Positions 24,451-36,300 of a stretch of DNA of 64,000 bases are shown here, piece by piece. Source of the DNA: a virus. The stretch covers positions 32,001-96,000 of the IMG/VR virus record IMGVR_UViG_3300013132_000028. One strand, given 5' to 3'. A model generated the notes under the pieces. That model saw only the letters and a list, made by a program, of their open reading frames with translations, had not been told where the DNA came from and ran no database searches. Each line of letters opens with the position of its first letter. Position 1 is the first letter of the stretch. The translations under genes and the position numbers were made by a program.

Positions 24451-26330
24451 TTTTTGGCCTTAGGTACTACTGAGGGAGTGGCAATCGGAATCTGGTTTGG
24501 CTGGTAGTAGACGTTCGGTCCCTTTCCGATAGCGGCTCGTTGTTCGCCTGCTTTGTCGCGTTTAGCAGTTATCTTAGAGGCGTCTTCTTCCGGTTTATCG
24601 ATCGTTCCCTCCCGGCCCTTAGTGATTATAGGGTTGTACCAACCCCTGTTTACGTATCTCTCTACTCCGTCTTTTCCCTTGTACTTCTGGTCTAGCCAGT
24701 CACGCAGCATCGGGTCATTGTAGGCGTTTGGCGCGGTTCTCACCGTTCCGAAAGTCACTGGCTTGGCTGGCGTCGCTGCTGGTGCCGTTGCTGCGTCTGC
24801 GTTTCCAGTCTTTAAGTTGCTGCCTTGGGCAGGCGTCGTACTTACGTTGGACGCTGCCTCCGGACTCACGCGCTGAGCTGCTGCCCAAGCGCTCCAGTCT
24901 CTCATCAGAAGCGAGACGTCGTTCTGTGTCAGCGCCGGTAACAGTCCTGGCAGCGATATTGCAGAACTGCCCTGCGGCACTCTAGGCTTGGCCAGTAGTC
25001 CAGTCGTGTCTAGCCTGCCTCCATCAAATCTTTCGGCCTGACTTTGCACCTCAGTCTTGTCGTCCACGCCCTGTGTAAACTGTGCTCCGACGGTAACTAG
25101 TTTGCCGTCAGACAGCTCCACGCTAACCTGACCGGTCTTGCTGTCTACGGACTTGACGGTGCCGACCGCGGACCTGTCGCCGCCTATGAATACTTTTGTA
25201 CCGGCCGTCGCAAACTTTCCGGCCGCGTCTCTGACCTGTACTTTCGCGTTGTCTGAGCGCTCGTCGGACGTGTACACTCCGGGAGTGCTGTCTTTGCTCA
25301 GACCCTCTTCGCCCGCTGCGGTGACCGAGGCCCGGTCTATGAGCTCCCAGTCTATCTCGTCGGCAGCGTCGGCTACCAGCATAGCCTCCTCTGGGTCTAG
25401 CATGGACGGTCCGATACTTGAGTACGGATTTTGCTTTAGGAATGCAGAAACTTTCATGGCAGACATCGCGTCTATGGAGACGTGGATTCTGGGCGCCTTG
25501 TCGTACGGTTCGTCCAAAGATTTATCGTACGTATTGAAGTCGTGCGCAGTGTGCCCTAGGTCTTCCCATCCATCGCCGTCCCAAACAAAAACTTCTCCTT
25601 CTGGCTGTACTTTGTACAAACGGTCGATGCCGCCGTTCTCTAGATTTACGCGGACTACAAACTCTGGAGCTAGCTCTACGTTTATCGACTCAGCGTCAAA
25701 AAATTCTTTAACGTCTTGGGTGTTGTCGCCGTATAAATCGTATTCCGCCTCGAGCATGCCGGAGTATGCGTCAGCGCGAACACTTTTCTTCTTTTTATTT
25801 TCTCGTTCGACGATTGCTCTCGCCCAGCGCCAGGCAGGGTCTCCACCCCAAAGTGCCCAGGCAATACGACCTCTGCTAGGGTAGCCGTCTTCTCCTGGGC
25901 CCCAACCCTTGCCCTTCTTGTCTACCTCGTGACGTGGGAAGTACTTTGCAATGTGCCTAATCTTTCTGATGCCGATCTGTCCGCCGCGGGCCAGTGTTCT
26001 GGCGCTGTTCACGCCGACCGGAGTTCCACCGCGGTTGTGTTTTGCACGCCACTCTAGTCCTCGTTTTGCCTCTGCCTGTGCGGCCTTTGGCACAGTGTAC
26101 ATGCGGTCTCCGCTTGCAACTATACGAATGTCGAGGTCTGTCAGTGCGCCTAACGCGAGGTCTGTCATCGCCCTAGTCGGTTTGTCGTGCGGCTTCTGCC
26201 ACTTTGCACTTGCCAGCAGGACACCGGTAGTTCCAGTACGTACAATCGTATTGGTCTCAGTGTCAAGCACGGCTGCACGACTTTCATCTACGAACAGATA
26301 AAGACTTCCGTACTGACCCGCTAGCCTCAC
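24447..26330 (-). CDS. Modular head-associated protein
   Basis: AKRGLEW..GGT.VG..YF.RHE..IAWALWGG module; QVRDAAGKF followed by an SH3-like barrel; between portal and protease. Confidence 0.7.
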   Translation of the reverse strand: MRLAGQYGSLYLFVDESRAAVLDTETNTIVRTGTTGVLLASAKWQKPHDKPTRAMTDLALGALTDLDIRIVASGDRMYTVPKAAQAEAKRGLEWRAKHNRGGTPVGVNSARTLARGGQIGIRKIRHIAKYFPRHEVDKKGKGWGPGEDGYPSRGRIAWALWGGDPAWRWARAIVERENKKKKSVRADAYSGMLEAEYDLYGDNTQDVKEFFDAESINVELAPEFVVRVNLENGGIDRLYKVQPEGEVFVWDGDGWEDLGHTAHDFNTYDKSLDEPYDKAPRIHVSIDAMSAMKVSAFLKQNPYSSIGPSMLDPEEAMLVADAADEIDWELIDRASVTAAGEEGLSKDSTPGVYTSDERSDNAKVQVRDAAGKFATAGTKVFIGGDRSAVGTVKSVDSKTGQVSVELSDGKLVTVGAQFTQGVDDKTEVQSQAERFDGGRLDTTGLLAKPRVPQGSSAISLPGLLPALTQNDVSLLMRDWSAWAAAQRVSPEAASNVSTTPAQGSNLKTGNADAATAPAATPAKPVTFGTVRTAPNAYNDPMLRDWLDQKYKGKDGVERYVNRGWYNPIITKGREGTIDKPEEDASKITAKRDKAGEQRAAIGKGPNVYYQPNQIPIATPSVVPKAKK

Positions 26331-27370
26331 TGGGACTCTCCCTTCCGACTATCGTCGGTAATCGGTCCGCCTGAAATCCACGCATCGCACGTGCGAGCAG
26401 ACGCACACTTGAAGTCTAGCGCCTCGCAGTAGCCTAGGTCTGCGGCTTCGATCGTGTCCCAGCCAGCGGAGGCGGCTAGTCCACTCGCTATGCACTCTTT
26501 CATCTCTGAGGTCTGAATAAAGGCCGCGCAGTTGCCGCAGCGGCTTGTCTTTGCCTCTTCGATCGTGACCGACCACTTTTCAGCCTTCTTCTGCCAGAAC
26601 TCTTCGTTTGGTTCCTCTGGGTTCATGGGACCGTATCCGATGTCGTCTATCGCATTCTGACGATTCTCTAGGTTTAGCGCCAAGTCCTGTGTCGCCGGCG
26701 GGCAGACAAACTCCCCGGCGGCTTTAATCGTTTTTTCTTTTGCTGGACGTTCTACGTCCTCGCGGGAGAGCGGCTTTCCACTTTTTTCTGCCTTGTCAAA
26801 CGTCTCTATGAAGTCAGGAGAAACCTCTACGATAGTCATGCCGTCGAACTCTGTGTGCTCAGGCGGAACCCTGAACCAGGCCGAATTATTACGGCTAAAC
26901 ATTCCGGCGTCAGAGGTGTAAACTAGTTCCTGCACGTCTTGCGCGCTCTCGTCGAGTAGGGCGATTAGTGACTCTCCGTCTCCCGGGTCCCCTGGACTAA
27001 ACGCCATAATAGTCTCCCTCATGTACATACCTTCTAGGGCTTCGGCTGGAACTGGTACTCGAAGAGTCGATGCCCAAGACCCGTCTGAGTCTTGAAACGC
27101 CCTAACAGTGTACGCCTTGCCGTAGCTATTGAACGTTATTGTGCCACTACTTCTGTCTACTGTTACGTCGTTTTTGCTCCCTAGAGGATACTCTAGCACC
27201 TCAGATAGAGTAAACAGCGCCATTACTGGACCGTCCTCGTCGTGGTCAAACCAGGCAACCTCCGACACGGCGAAGGTCTCTCTCGGCTTGTCTAGAGTTT
27301 CAACTACGGCAGGGCCTAAGTATCCAGTTTTGTAGTCTTCCGGTATGGTAAGTTTTCTCTGCTCGGTCAT
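26327..27370 (-). CDS. Modular head-associated protein with C-terminal Cys-rich (HiPIP-like) domain
   Basis: CPPATQD..N..NRQ.AI..YGP.NP, CGNC..F, GYC..FKC..RTC.AW. Confidence 0.7.
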   Translation of the reverse strand: MTEQRKLTIPEDYKTGYLGPAVVETLDKPRETFAVSEVAWFDHDEDGPVMALFTLSEVLEYPLGSKNDVTVDRSSGTITFNSYGKAYTVRAFQDSDGSWASTLRVPVPAEALEGMYMRETIMAFSPGDPGDGESLIALLDESAQDVQELVYTSDAGMFSRNNSAWFRVPPEHTEFDGMTIVEVSPDFIETFDKAEKSGKPLSREDVERPAKEKTIKAAGEFVCPPATQDLALNLENRQNAIDDIGYGPMNPEEPNEEFWQKKAEKWSVTIEEAKTSRCGNCAAFIQTSEMKECIASGLAASAGWDTIEAADLGYCEALDFKCASARTCDAWISGGPITDDSRKGESQ

Positions 27371-27386
27371 GGTTGCCTCTGTCTCT

Positions 27387-30300
27387 TTACTTCTTCACCG
27401 GTATAAGGTCGTCCCACGATGAGGCGCCGTACTTCTCTGGCGGTACTCCATTGTCGAGTAGCATTTTAACTAGACGTTCACGCACCGCCGGGGACACACT
27501 TATGATGGCCAGGTCTGCCCACGATATTCCGTTCTTAAACATCAGTTCGTAGGTGCCTGATCCTGAAGTGGGCTTGGCTGGTTTTATCTCACCGATCGGG
27601 TCGGTCTCCTTCATGCGCTTTCCGTACTGGTCCTTGAAGTTGGCCCAGAAGTCCAGCCGTGAGTACAGCTTCAGCGGGTCAAAGTGAAAGTACGCGTGAC
27701 TGTCTGCTGCTACAGAGTAGGGCTTCATGGTTGCCTTAGGCTTCGTGAATAGGTAGTCTGCTCCCCCTGTTCTTATGTCTGCGTCGCTTGAGTCGCCCTG
27801 GCCACCAATTCCCTCTGTCCAGCGGACTGACGTGGCTTTTAGGCCGTCTTCCAGCATGAGCAGGTTGAACATCTCCTGGGCCGCTGAGTCTGCATTGTTT
27901 GCACCCTTGATTCCAAAAGAGTGAGTTATGGCGCCAGTCTCTGTTTTTTTAACCATGTACTCTGCTATTGCATTGCTCGTTCTGTACGACAGTCTGTCGT
28001 TTAGGTCGTAGGCCGGAGTGTCTAGGTTTAGCCACATCTGTTCATAAGGCAGTCCCAGCAGCTTCTCTATCGCCTTGAGCTTCGCCTTGCGGGCAGCTCC
28101 AACTACGTTTTTTGCCGGATCAATTTCTTTGCCAAAGATGCTAATTAGACGGTTTTCAGCCAGAACTCTTACGTCCTCTTTGGTTGCCGGTCTAGGGGCA
28201 CGCACTCCGCCTAGCTTCATGCCTCTTGCGATTGCGTTGGCGGTGGAGGTTGCGTCCTGCTGCTCTGGCACTAGTACCTCTACCCTATTGTGAAAAGCAA
28301 GTCCTTCTCGACTAGTATTCAGACTGCTCACCGGCTTTGAGTCTCTATTTGCTCTGTATACTCTGATAACTGCACCGGTAATTTTGTCCGTTATTACGTA
28401 TGTAGTTGTTTCATTGTAGGAAGAAGAGTACTCCACGTCCATCTGGCTACCAGACTTTACTATTGCCATGCTACCGTCTGCGTTTCTTCGCATCTTGGGC
28501 ATTCTTATGCCTTGGTTTATGAGTAGATCGTACTCGTCTGTGTTCGGCACTTTTTTGAGGAGCTCAGCTACTAGATCGTCTCCAGCCCAAGACGTGAGTT
28601 TGAAGCTGGCGCGTGTGTAGGTCTTGTCGCCGTCTACTATAGTCATCATGTGCACGTCTAGGTCTTCAACGTCTCCTGCGTCTACTGCAGCAGACCGACC
28701 GCGTGCTCCGGCGGCTGGGCTGCTCTGCACGTGCGCAACTGCGTCTACTAGAGACTTGACGCCTGCACCCGTGAGCTCGCTCTGCGACCAGTCTACGCTA
28801 GCTAAGTCTGGGTCGTCTAGCTCTGGTACGTTTACTCCGGGACCCGCCTCTGTCAGTTTTGTCTGGTCAAACAGCCTGCCACCCGTTACTTTGTCGACGG
28901 AGCGGACTTTTTTACTTCCGTCTAAGAACTGTACCTGTACGTAGTTCTCGTAGCCCTTTGCACCTGGAAAACCGTAGATCACACCCTCGTCGCCATTTGC
29001 GTCGGTCACGGTTACGCCTTTGTACAACCAGTTATTAAATCTGTCTTTCTTAAACTTTTGATTTGCGCCCGGCGGCGGTGCAAACTGGTCCTTAATCGGG
29101 GCAAGATCGTCTTTCTCAAAAGCTAAGCCCAGCCAGGTAGCGTGCGGACTGTCTGCCTGTACATGCTGAAAGTGTGGATTATCCTTGTAGTATTCGTTGG
29201 TCTCTGACGCCACCGTAATTTTTCCGTCGCTCGTAATTATTCCTGGTTTTGGTTGATCTTTTACACCAACTATAAAAACACCACTGTACTGAGAGTAAGC
29301 TACGTAGTCTATCTGCGACTTTTCTTTAGTGGTCTCTAGTGCGTTGTAGCGAGTAAACTCTTCTATGTAATTTTTTGCAGCGAGTGCGCCGTATTTAAGC
29401 GCAGAGTTTGTGTCAAATGGACCAAAGTCAATCTCGTTGTTGGCTACTGTTTTCTTGGTGGCGTCTGCCCACTCGTCTGGAGTGTACGACTTTAACGGAG
29501 ACTCAGACTGGCTGGACGAAGACGGCGGCGGTGGTGGATTAGGTACGGTCGGCTGCGGTGTGTTTATTTCGGTGCCGCTCTTTGGTGAACGAGTGCTCTT
29601 TATTACTGTCTTTCCACTGTACTCTACGTACTGTTGATTTCCGTTAGTGTGCTGTAGAAACATGCGAAACTTGTGCGTCTTCTTTCCTTTGTTGTAGGCA
29701 GCACCGTGCGACGACACGCGCGCCCAGCCGGAGCCGTACGGAATGTAGTCTCCAACTTTAAGATTTTCTACCTTGGTGTCTTTCTTTTCGTACAACTCTG
29801 GGTTGTCTAAGTCCTTCTTGTCTAGAGCCAGCGCTGGATTGCCAACCGGCGTCTTCGTGGTAGAACTCTTCGGCTCGGCTGCGCCGCTCTTTTCTTTCTT
29901 CTTTGCTTCGAGCAGGTTCTTGACTAGCTCCACCGCCTTGGCGTTGTTTCCGCCGATGTGCCAGTCGTACTTCTTGTCCGGGTCAAGCGAGTCCGGTGTT
30001 TTCCAGTCGTACAGCCTGGCGAATATAGCTGCACCGTCCGGGCTCTCAAAACGCATTGACCACTCTTGCTGTACTTTGTCGCCAGAGCCGTACTCGTACG
30101 GCTTGCCTAGAAGCTCGGTCAACTCTTTTGGAGTGTACTCCACGGTCTCGTTGAGAAAATAGCTACCAGACACAAACGTAGTCGTGTCGTTTATGTTTGT
30201 AACCTTGTACGAGTCTGTCGTGCCTAGCTGTGGCTCCGGCGGTGCGGTGTACTTTTGTTCGGCCGAAAGTTCTGCGGGCTTTGGCTTGACCGGGTCTGCA

Positions 30301-33300
30301 GACGCGCTTGCGCTTGACTCTATTAGGTGCGTAGAAAAGTTTTTCTTCTTTCCGCCGTCTCCTAGGTCTTCTGCAACTAGGTTTTTAGTTCCTGTTTTTG
30401 GGTTGTCCCAGCTGTTGAGCGGACGCACGGTGCGTTCCTTGCCGTTGTACACAAACTTCAACAGCTTTTTGTCTTTGATGGCCTTGCTTATCTGGTCGTG
30501 CAGTGCCTCTAGTGTTTCAGAAGTTTTCAGTACTACTGCGTCGTCAGCTGCTGTCGGCGCTGGCTCAGGGGATAAAGGGACGGCAGGCTCACTGCTCGGT
30601 GCTGGCGTTGTCGGTGCCGGTGTGTCTGGTTCACCGCCTCCAGGTCCCCCCTCCGGGAAACCTCCGTCGTCTACGATTTGCAGCGTCTTTGTCGTTTTCA
30701 GCTGCTTGTCTTTTTTGCCGTCAAACTTTACCCAGGCGTAGTCGGGGAACACGACACCTTTCTTTTTGTACACGTCTAACTTAGAGACTACGCCGACTTC
30801 GCCAGTCTTTGTAGACTTTACCTTCATGCCGGCCGCGATCGGTGTCTTGCCGTCAGCGGAGAGGCTCTTACCGACCGGACTACTGCCTTCGGCCGGAGTT
30901 TCGACTGCAAGTTTTTCTGGCTTGGGTGCGGACGCGTCTGCCTTGGCGTTTCTGTAGACGTCGCCGAAGAAGTTTTCTGGCTTCTCGTAGTAGCCAGCGG
31001 GCGCTTGTGTGTACGGACCTAGGTCAGCCTGTCTTAGCTCATTCCAGGTTTCGGTAAACTCGTCCATCTTGTCTAGCGGCACGCGTACTTGTATGTCGTA
31101 GGTGTTGTCTTGTGCCGTTCCTTCTGCAACGATGTACGGCACGCCGCGCTCTGCCAGGTCTACTGGTCCCTCGTCGCCGCCAAACCTAGGCATGTCGCCG
31201 CCTATGTCGTTCAGCGTTACCTCTACAAAGTTACCGTCGTCTGACAGCTTAGGCGGGTTGGCGTCGTCAAACCACTGCGTGTCTCCGGCTTTCTTTGCGT
31301 ACTTACTTGTGTCCACCTCTTCGGCCGTGATAACTGGTGACTTTACTACGTCTATCTTGTCTTTCTTGGCTACGTCGCCTGCTATGCGTAGATTTTCTGC
31401 GATGCTCTTAAACTCGCCGCCTTTGCCGTGCTTTTCTTGCATGTAGTCTGCAACTTTTTCTACTTCGTCCTGTATCTCTGCAATGTCGCCTGGATTGTCG
31501 ACTGGCTTTTTTTGTTGTACTGTCTTCTCTAGCTCGTCTAGTTTTTCTTTAAGGTCCAGGTCTTCTACCGGCAGGTCGGTCTGCTCCCTGTACATTTTAA
31601 TTGCATCCAGTGTCTCGTCTGCAAAGTCTTCTGCTATGACGTACGCGTCACCTGGTGTAAGCTCGTCTTCGTCAGCTGGTGCGGGTGCGTCTTTCAGGTT
31701 TTTGACCGTGACGGTGGTGTCTTTGTCAGTGAGTCCAGCGCGCTCGAGGATGTCCATTCTGCGCATCTCTAGCTTGTCTGCGACGGTCTTCTGCAGCACC
31801 GGCTCGTCTGGAAACGCGGCTGCCACGAGGCTGTCGATGTCTGCTCTGGTTATGTCCAGCAGCTTGGAGGCGCTGGCCTTTAGTTCTGGTTCGGTCATGT
31901 CTCCAAAGATTTTTGCGGCCTGCGGGTTCATGTCCGGGTCGCGAAGCGTCTCCCACTCGTCGGCCTTGTCGCCGAACAGCTCGCCCTTTGGCTTTCCCAT
32001 GGCGCGCATCAGCAGCGCACCGCCGGTGTCTACGCGGTTTGGCTTGCCGTCTACTGAGACTACGTTGTCCATGGCAAGACCGGCGACGTCCCAGTTGGCG
32101 AGCCAGGCGTCGACAGCAAAGCCGTTCTGCAGTGCCTTTTTGTAGCTAGGCTCGTCGATCTTCTTGGCCATGTCTGGCTTTGCGTCCGGCAGTATAGGCG
32201 AGACGGTGACCATGTTACCCGCCTCGTCCACGCCGAAGAACGTGTCGGCGCCGTCTACGTCTGCGCGGCGGTAGAGTGCCGAGGCCAGCACCTCGTTGCC
32301 GGCGTGCAGTGGACTCTTCGGTGTCTTTACGTAGTACTTGCTGCCGTCTGGAGCTTCGTACGTGCCGCCCTCGTTGGAGCCGAGCTGGTTGCCGACTTTC
32401 TTCCACCCTGTGATGTCGAAAGAGCTACCTACGCTGGTGCCGATTGCGCCAGTTGGGTTCTTAGACTTGCTGAGCGCTGGCTTGTTCTGTCGCGCTACGT
32501 CTTCTTCCGACGGTGGAGCTACCTCGTCTCCGGTGCCAGCCAGGTCGCGGAAAAACAGATTTGTGTTGACGCCCTGTATCTGCAGCGCGTCGCGAATGGC
32601 CTGACCGCTGACTAGGATGTCGGTGCCACCGTCGAGCGGATACTCGAGTATCGCGTATCCGGCGCTCTCTTCTTCTAGGTCTGGCTCGACTGCAATTCTT
32701 AGTGAGTCTATCAGCGTTTCAGTGTCCCAGTTGTCCGCGATGTACAGCGGACTGTCCGTGAATCCCTCTGGAAAGCCGGCTGCGACTTCGTTGCCGTCTG
32801 CCCCGTTGTACTCCGAGGCGTAGGCGTCGGTGTCTGGTAGGTTGTAGCCTTCCGGCAGGTCTATGCTTTCGTTCGGTATCAAGTAAGGCAGGTAGTTGCC
32901 ATCCTCGTTGATGCTAATGTTTTCGGCGGGCGTCAGCTTACGCAGTCGCACGATTCTTCGTCCGTCCTTGTCTACGACACTCTCGACCGCGTACTGACCC
33001 CAGACCAGCTCTCGTTCTTCTCCTATCGGTGTGCTGGTGCCATTGCCCTCGTCGATCACGACTACAAACGTGCCGTCTCCACTCTTGCCCTCTAGCACAT
33101 CGTCAATGTCTCCAGTAGCTTTTTTCCACGAGTCAGGTGGGAACGAGACCACGTTGCCCTCCTCGGACAGCGCGTCTGCAAAGCCCTGGTCATCTGAGAG
33201 GTCGTACGACTTCCAGACTTTCGTGGCGTTAGTGCCGGAATTTACTGCGGACATTTTTAGCAGCGCCTGCGCGGTTGCGTACTTAGCGTCGCTCGAGTTG

Positions 33301-36300
33301 AATAGCTCCGGCTCCGCCTCTATTGCGGCTATCGCCTCTTCCAACTCTCCTGGGTTGCCGTAGGCGTCGATCACTCCTTCGGTGAAGTCGTTGGCTTCGT
33401 CCTCGTCCATGCCGAGGGTGTCTTGCGCGTACTGGCGCAGCGCTGGGTTTACTCTCTTTTGTCCGTTGTCCGGACCCTCCATCATCCACGAGCCCCACAC
33501 TGCGCGGAACGGATCGTCGGCACTGCCAAACTTGTCCTGGTCGAAGTGCTTCTCCAGCTGTGTGATGTAGTCCTTGTCTCCGGGGTCAGCTCCAATAAAG
33601 TCGTTGTAGACTGCTTCGGTTGCCTCGTCTACTTCACCAGCAGCTATTTTTTCGTTGTACTGCTTCTTGTAGGCGTTCATAGCTGTAGAAAGTTCAAACG
33701 TCTTAGCCTGCTCCTCGTTTGTCTCGTCTATTTGCAGCTTGTCGTTGCCCTCGCTCAAAATCTTGACGGAGTCCATCTCGTCCAGGTCTGCCTGCGTAGG
33801 AAATACGTCTGCCAGGTCTGGAGACTCTTGGCCGACGGTCTCCTCACCCTTGCGGGAGTCTAGCAGCGCCTTTACATTTTTGTTTTCACCCAGCTTTGCG
33901 TCATACAGCTGTGCCACGTAGAGCTCTGCGTCTACGCCCTGTTCCTCGAGCGCCTTGTACAGCGCCTCAGCCGGCACGTACTCCGAGCCAGCGTTGAACT
34001 CGAGCATGCCGAAGCCAGAGGCAGGAGCAGTGTCCTTGTCCATGGTCTTGACGCCAGAGTCGGCGGCCTGCTTCTTTTTACTCTTTGGCTTTGGTCCAGG
34101 TTTTTTAGGCGCGTCTTCGTCCATCATCTCGTCGGGGTCAAAGTCGTCTATATCAGAGTCAAAGTCCTCGTCTGCGTATGCGTCAAACTCACTCTGCTTG
34201 TTTATGAGCGCCTTGGCCAGACTCTCGCGTAGCTCCGCCTCTGCGTAGCGGTTGCCGATCTCTACCGGGTCGTCAGTGTAGTCCGAGCTTTCCTGTCCCT
34301 CTGCTGGTCCCTCCGGAGAAAACGTTTCTAAGTTCATCTTGTAGGCGGTGCTCGGTACGCTGTACGAGAACGGTTTGGACTCTGTCGGCACTGTCTTCTT
34401 CTGCTGCTGCGGTGCTGCAGGCTTCTCAACGTCTTCTGGGCCGTCTAGTCGTGGCTTGCCAGCGACCATCTCGTCTATCTCGGTCGAGCTCCACAGGTTT
34501 CCGTTCTGTAGTCTCTCTGAGAGTTTTACTACTGATTTTTCGTCAGGACTCTGCTTGTCTGCCCAGGCTGCGTCAGCTGCTCTCTGTCTGATGTCATCTA
34601 CCTTTGCGTCTTTAGCTAGCGCCTCGACTATGTCTGCTCGTCTGGCGCTCTCTGCCTTTACCGCGTCGATAGTTTTTTGTTCTGCACCGATCTCTTCTAG
34701 GGTCTTGACTAGCTTGGCTCTCTTTTCAGCTGCGCTTTGTTTTAGTGCCTCGATAAACTCTGGTCTGTCTTTGAAGGTTTTGAACTCTAGGCCATCGGAC
34801 TGTCCAAACACGTACGGTGCACGGAGCGAGCCGTCTTCATTCTGTTCGAGTCGGGCCACTACTATGTCGCCGCCGTCGCTAAGCTCGAGTGCGTTGTTCT
34901 TTACAAACTCCGTGTCGTTGACGTCGTACTTTTTCGGAGTAGGGTCTGCGTCAAACAACTCTCCTTGGCCTGGGTCCAACGGGTTTAGTTCCTTGCCCAT
35001 GCCGCTGTCTTTGTACATTCCTGGTATGCTGACTACTTCGCTTGGTGGACGAACGTTCTTCTCGTCCGGCGTCACTGCTGACCAGCCTGGCTCGAGCGGA
35101 TTGCCCTGGTTGTCTATGCGGTCTGCGGCCTGTTTTTTGAGCATGGCCATGCGCTCTGCTACGTGCTCGGCGTGCAGTGCCTTGGCCTGCTCGTTGAACT
35201 TATCTACTTTTACCTGCCAGGCGTCCCACGTGTCGCTCTTTAGTCTGGCCTTTACCTCGCGCTCTTCTACGCTCTTGTCGAGTCTAGGCTCGTCGGTCTT
35301 AATGATTTTCTGTGTGTCTGCCCAGTTTTGTGCAACGCCGATCGGAACTAACTTTGGTTTACCGTTTGAGTCTTGGTCCATTCGGGTTGCGATGTAGTAC
35401 GGCTTTTGCTTGTCCCAGGCGCCGTTCTCGCCGTCGCCGATTAGCTCACGTACCTCACGCTTGTCAGGCTCTAGACTTTCCTGTGACTCGTTGTGTTTGC
35501 GTATTTCTGCGATGGTGTCTTTCAAACTTTGGTCTGGCTTGTCTACCTTTGTCACCGCGTACTCGTCGTCTGTGCTCATGTACGTCGTGCGACCCTGCAG
35601 AGTGTCCTTGTAAACTCTGAAGCCGGCTGGTGCCTCTACTAGTTTGATGTCTGCTTCAGTCAAAACTTTGTCTTTTGAGCTGTAGCGTGCTTCGCCCTTT
35701 TTATCTACGTCTACGCTTGGCTTGAGTACGGCCTTTACGCCGGAGGTGGCTTGGGCCGGTACTCTGTAAATCTTTCCGTCTGGTGTTTGTACGTCAAACG
35801 TGTCTGTGTCTACGTCTGCCGCCACAGTGCGTCCAGTTACCCAGCTGACCAAACCGTCTGCTGCCTTTAGCAGCCACCTAAGTCCGCCACCCATCTCGGC
35901 AAACTGTCCCTCTGAGTCGCGGCGTTGTAGCATTGCACGAGCTCTGCGGGCGGCTGACGAGTTACCGTCTTTTAGAGCTGCAACTATTGTCTGTGCTTCT
36001 ACACTTAGTACGTCGTTTGGTACAAATCGACCAATTACCGACTGAAGCTGTGCTACGGCGTGAACTTGCGCAGGAGTTCCAACAGGAGCGCCAAACGCAG
36101 ACGCTACGACTGTGCGAAGGTCGTCTTCCAGCCTTGGGTCCGTGGACAGCCATCGACCACGAGCCTGGCGCAGCGCCGAGGCAGTCATCGAGTGGGTGCG
36201 GCTGCACAGCGGGTGTGACAGTGGCAGCAGGTCTGTATTCTCTGCAAAAGTCGCCGTCTTGTTGCTTGGGTTCTGGCTCATGGAGATAAAGGTGCCTAAG

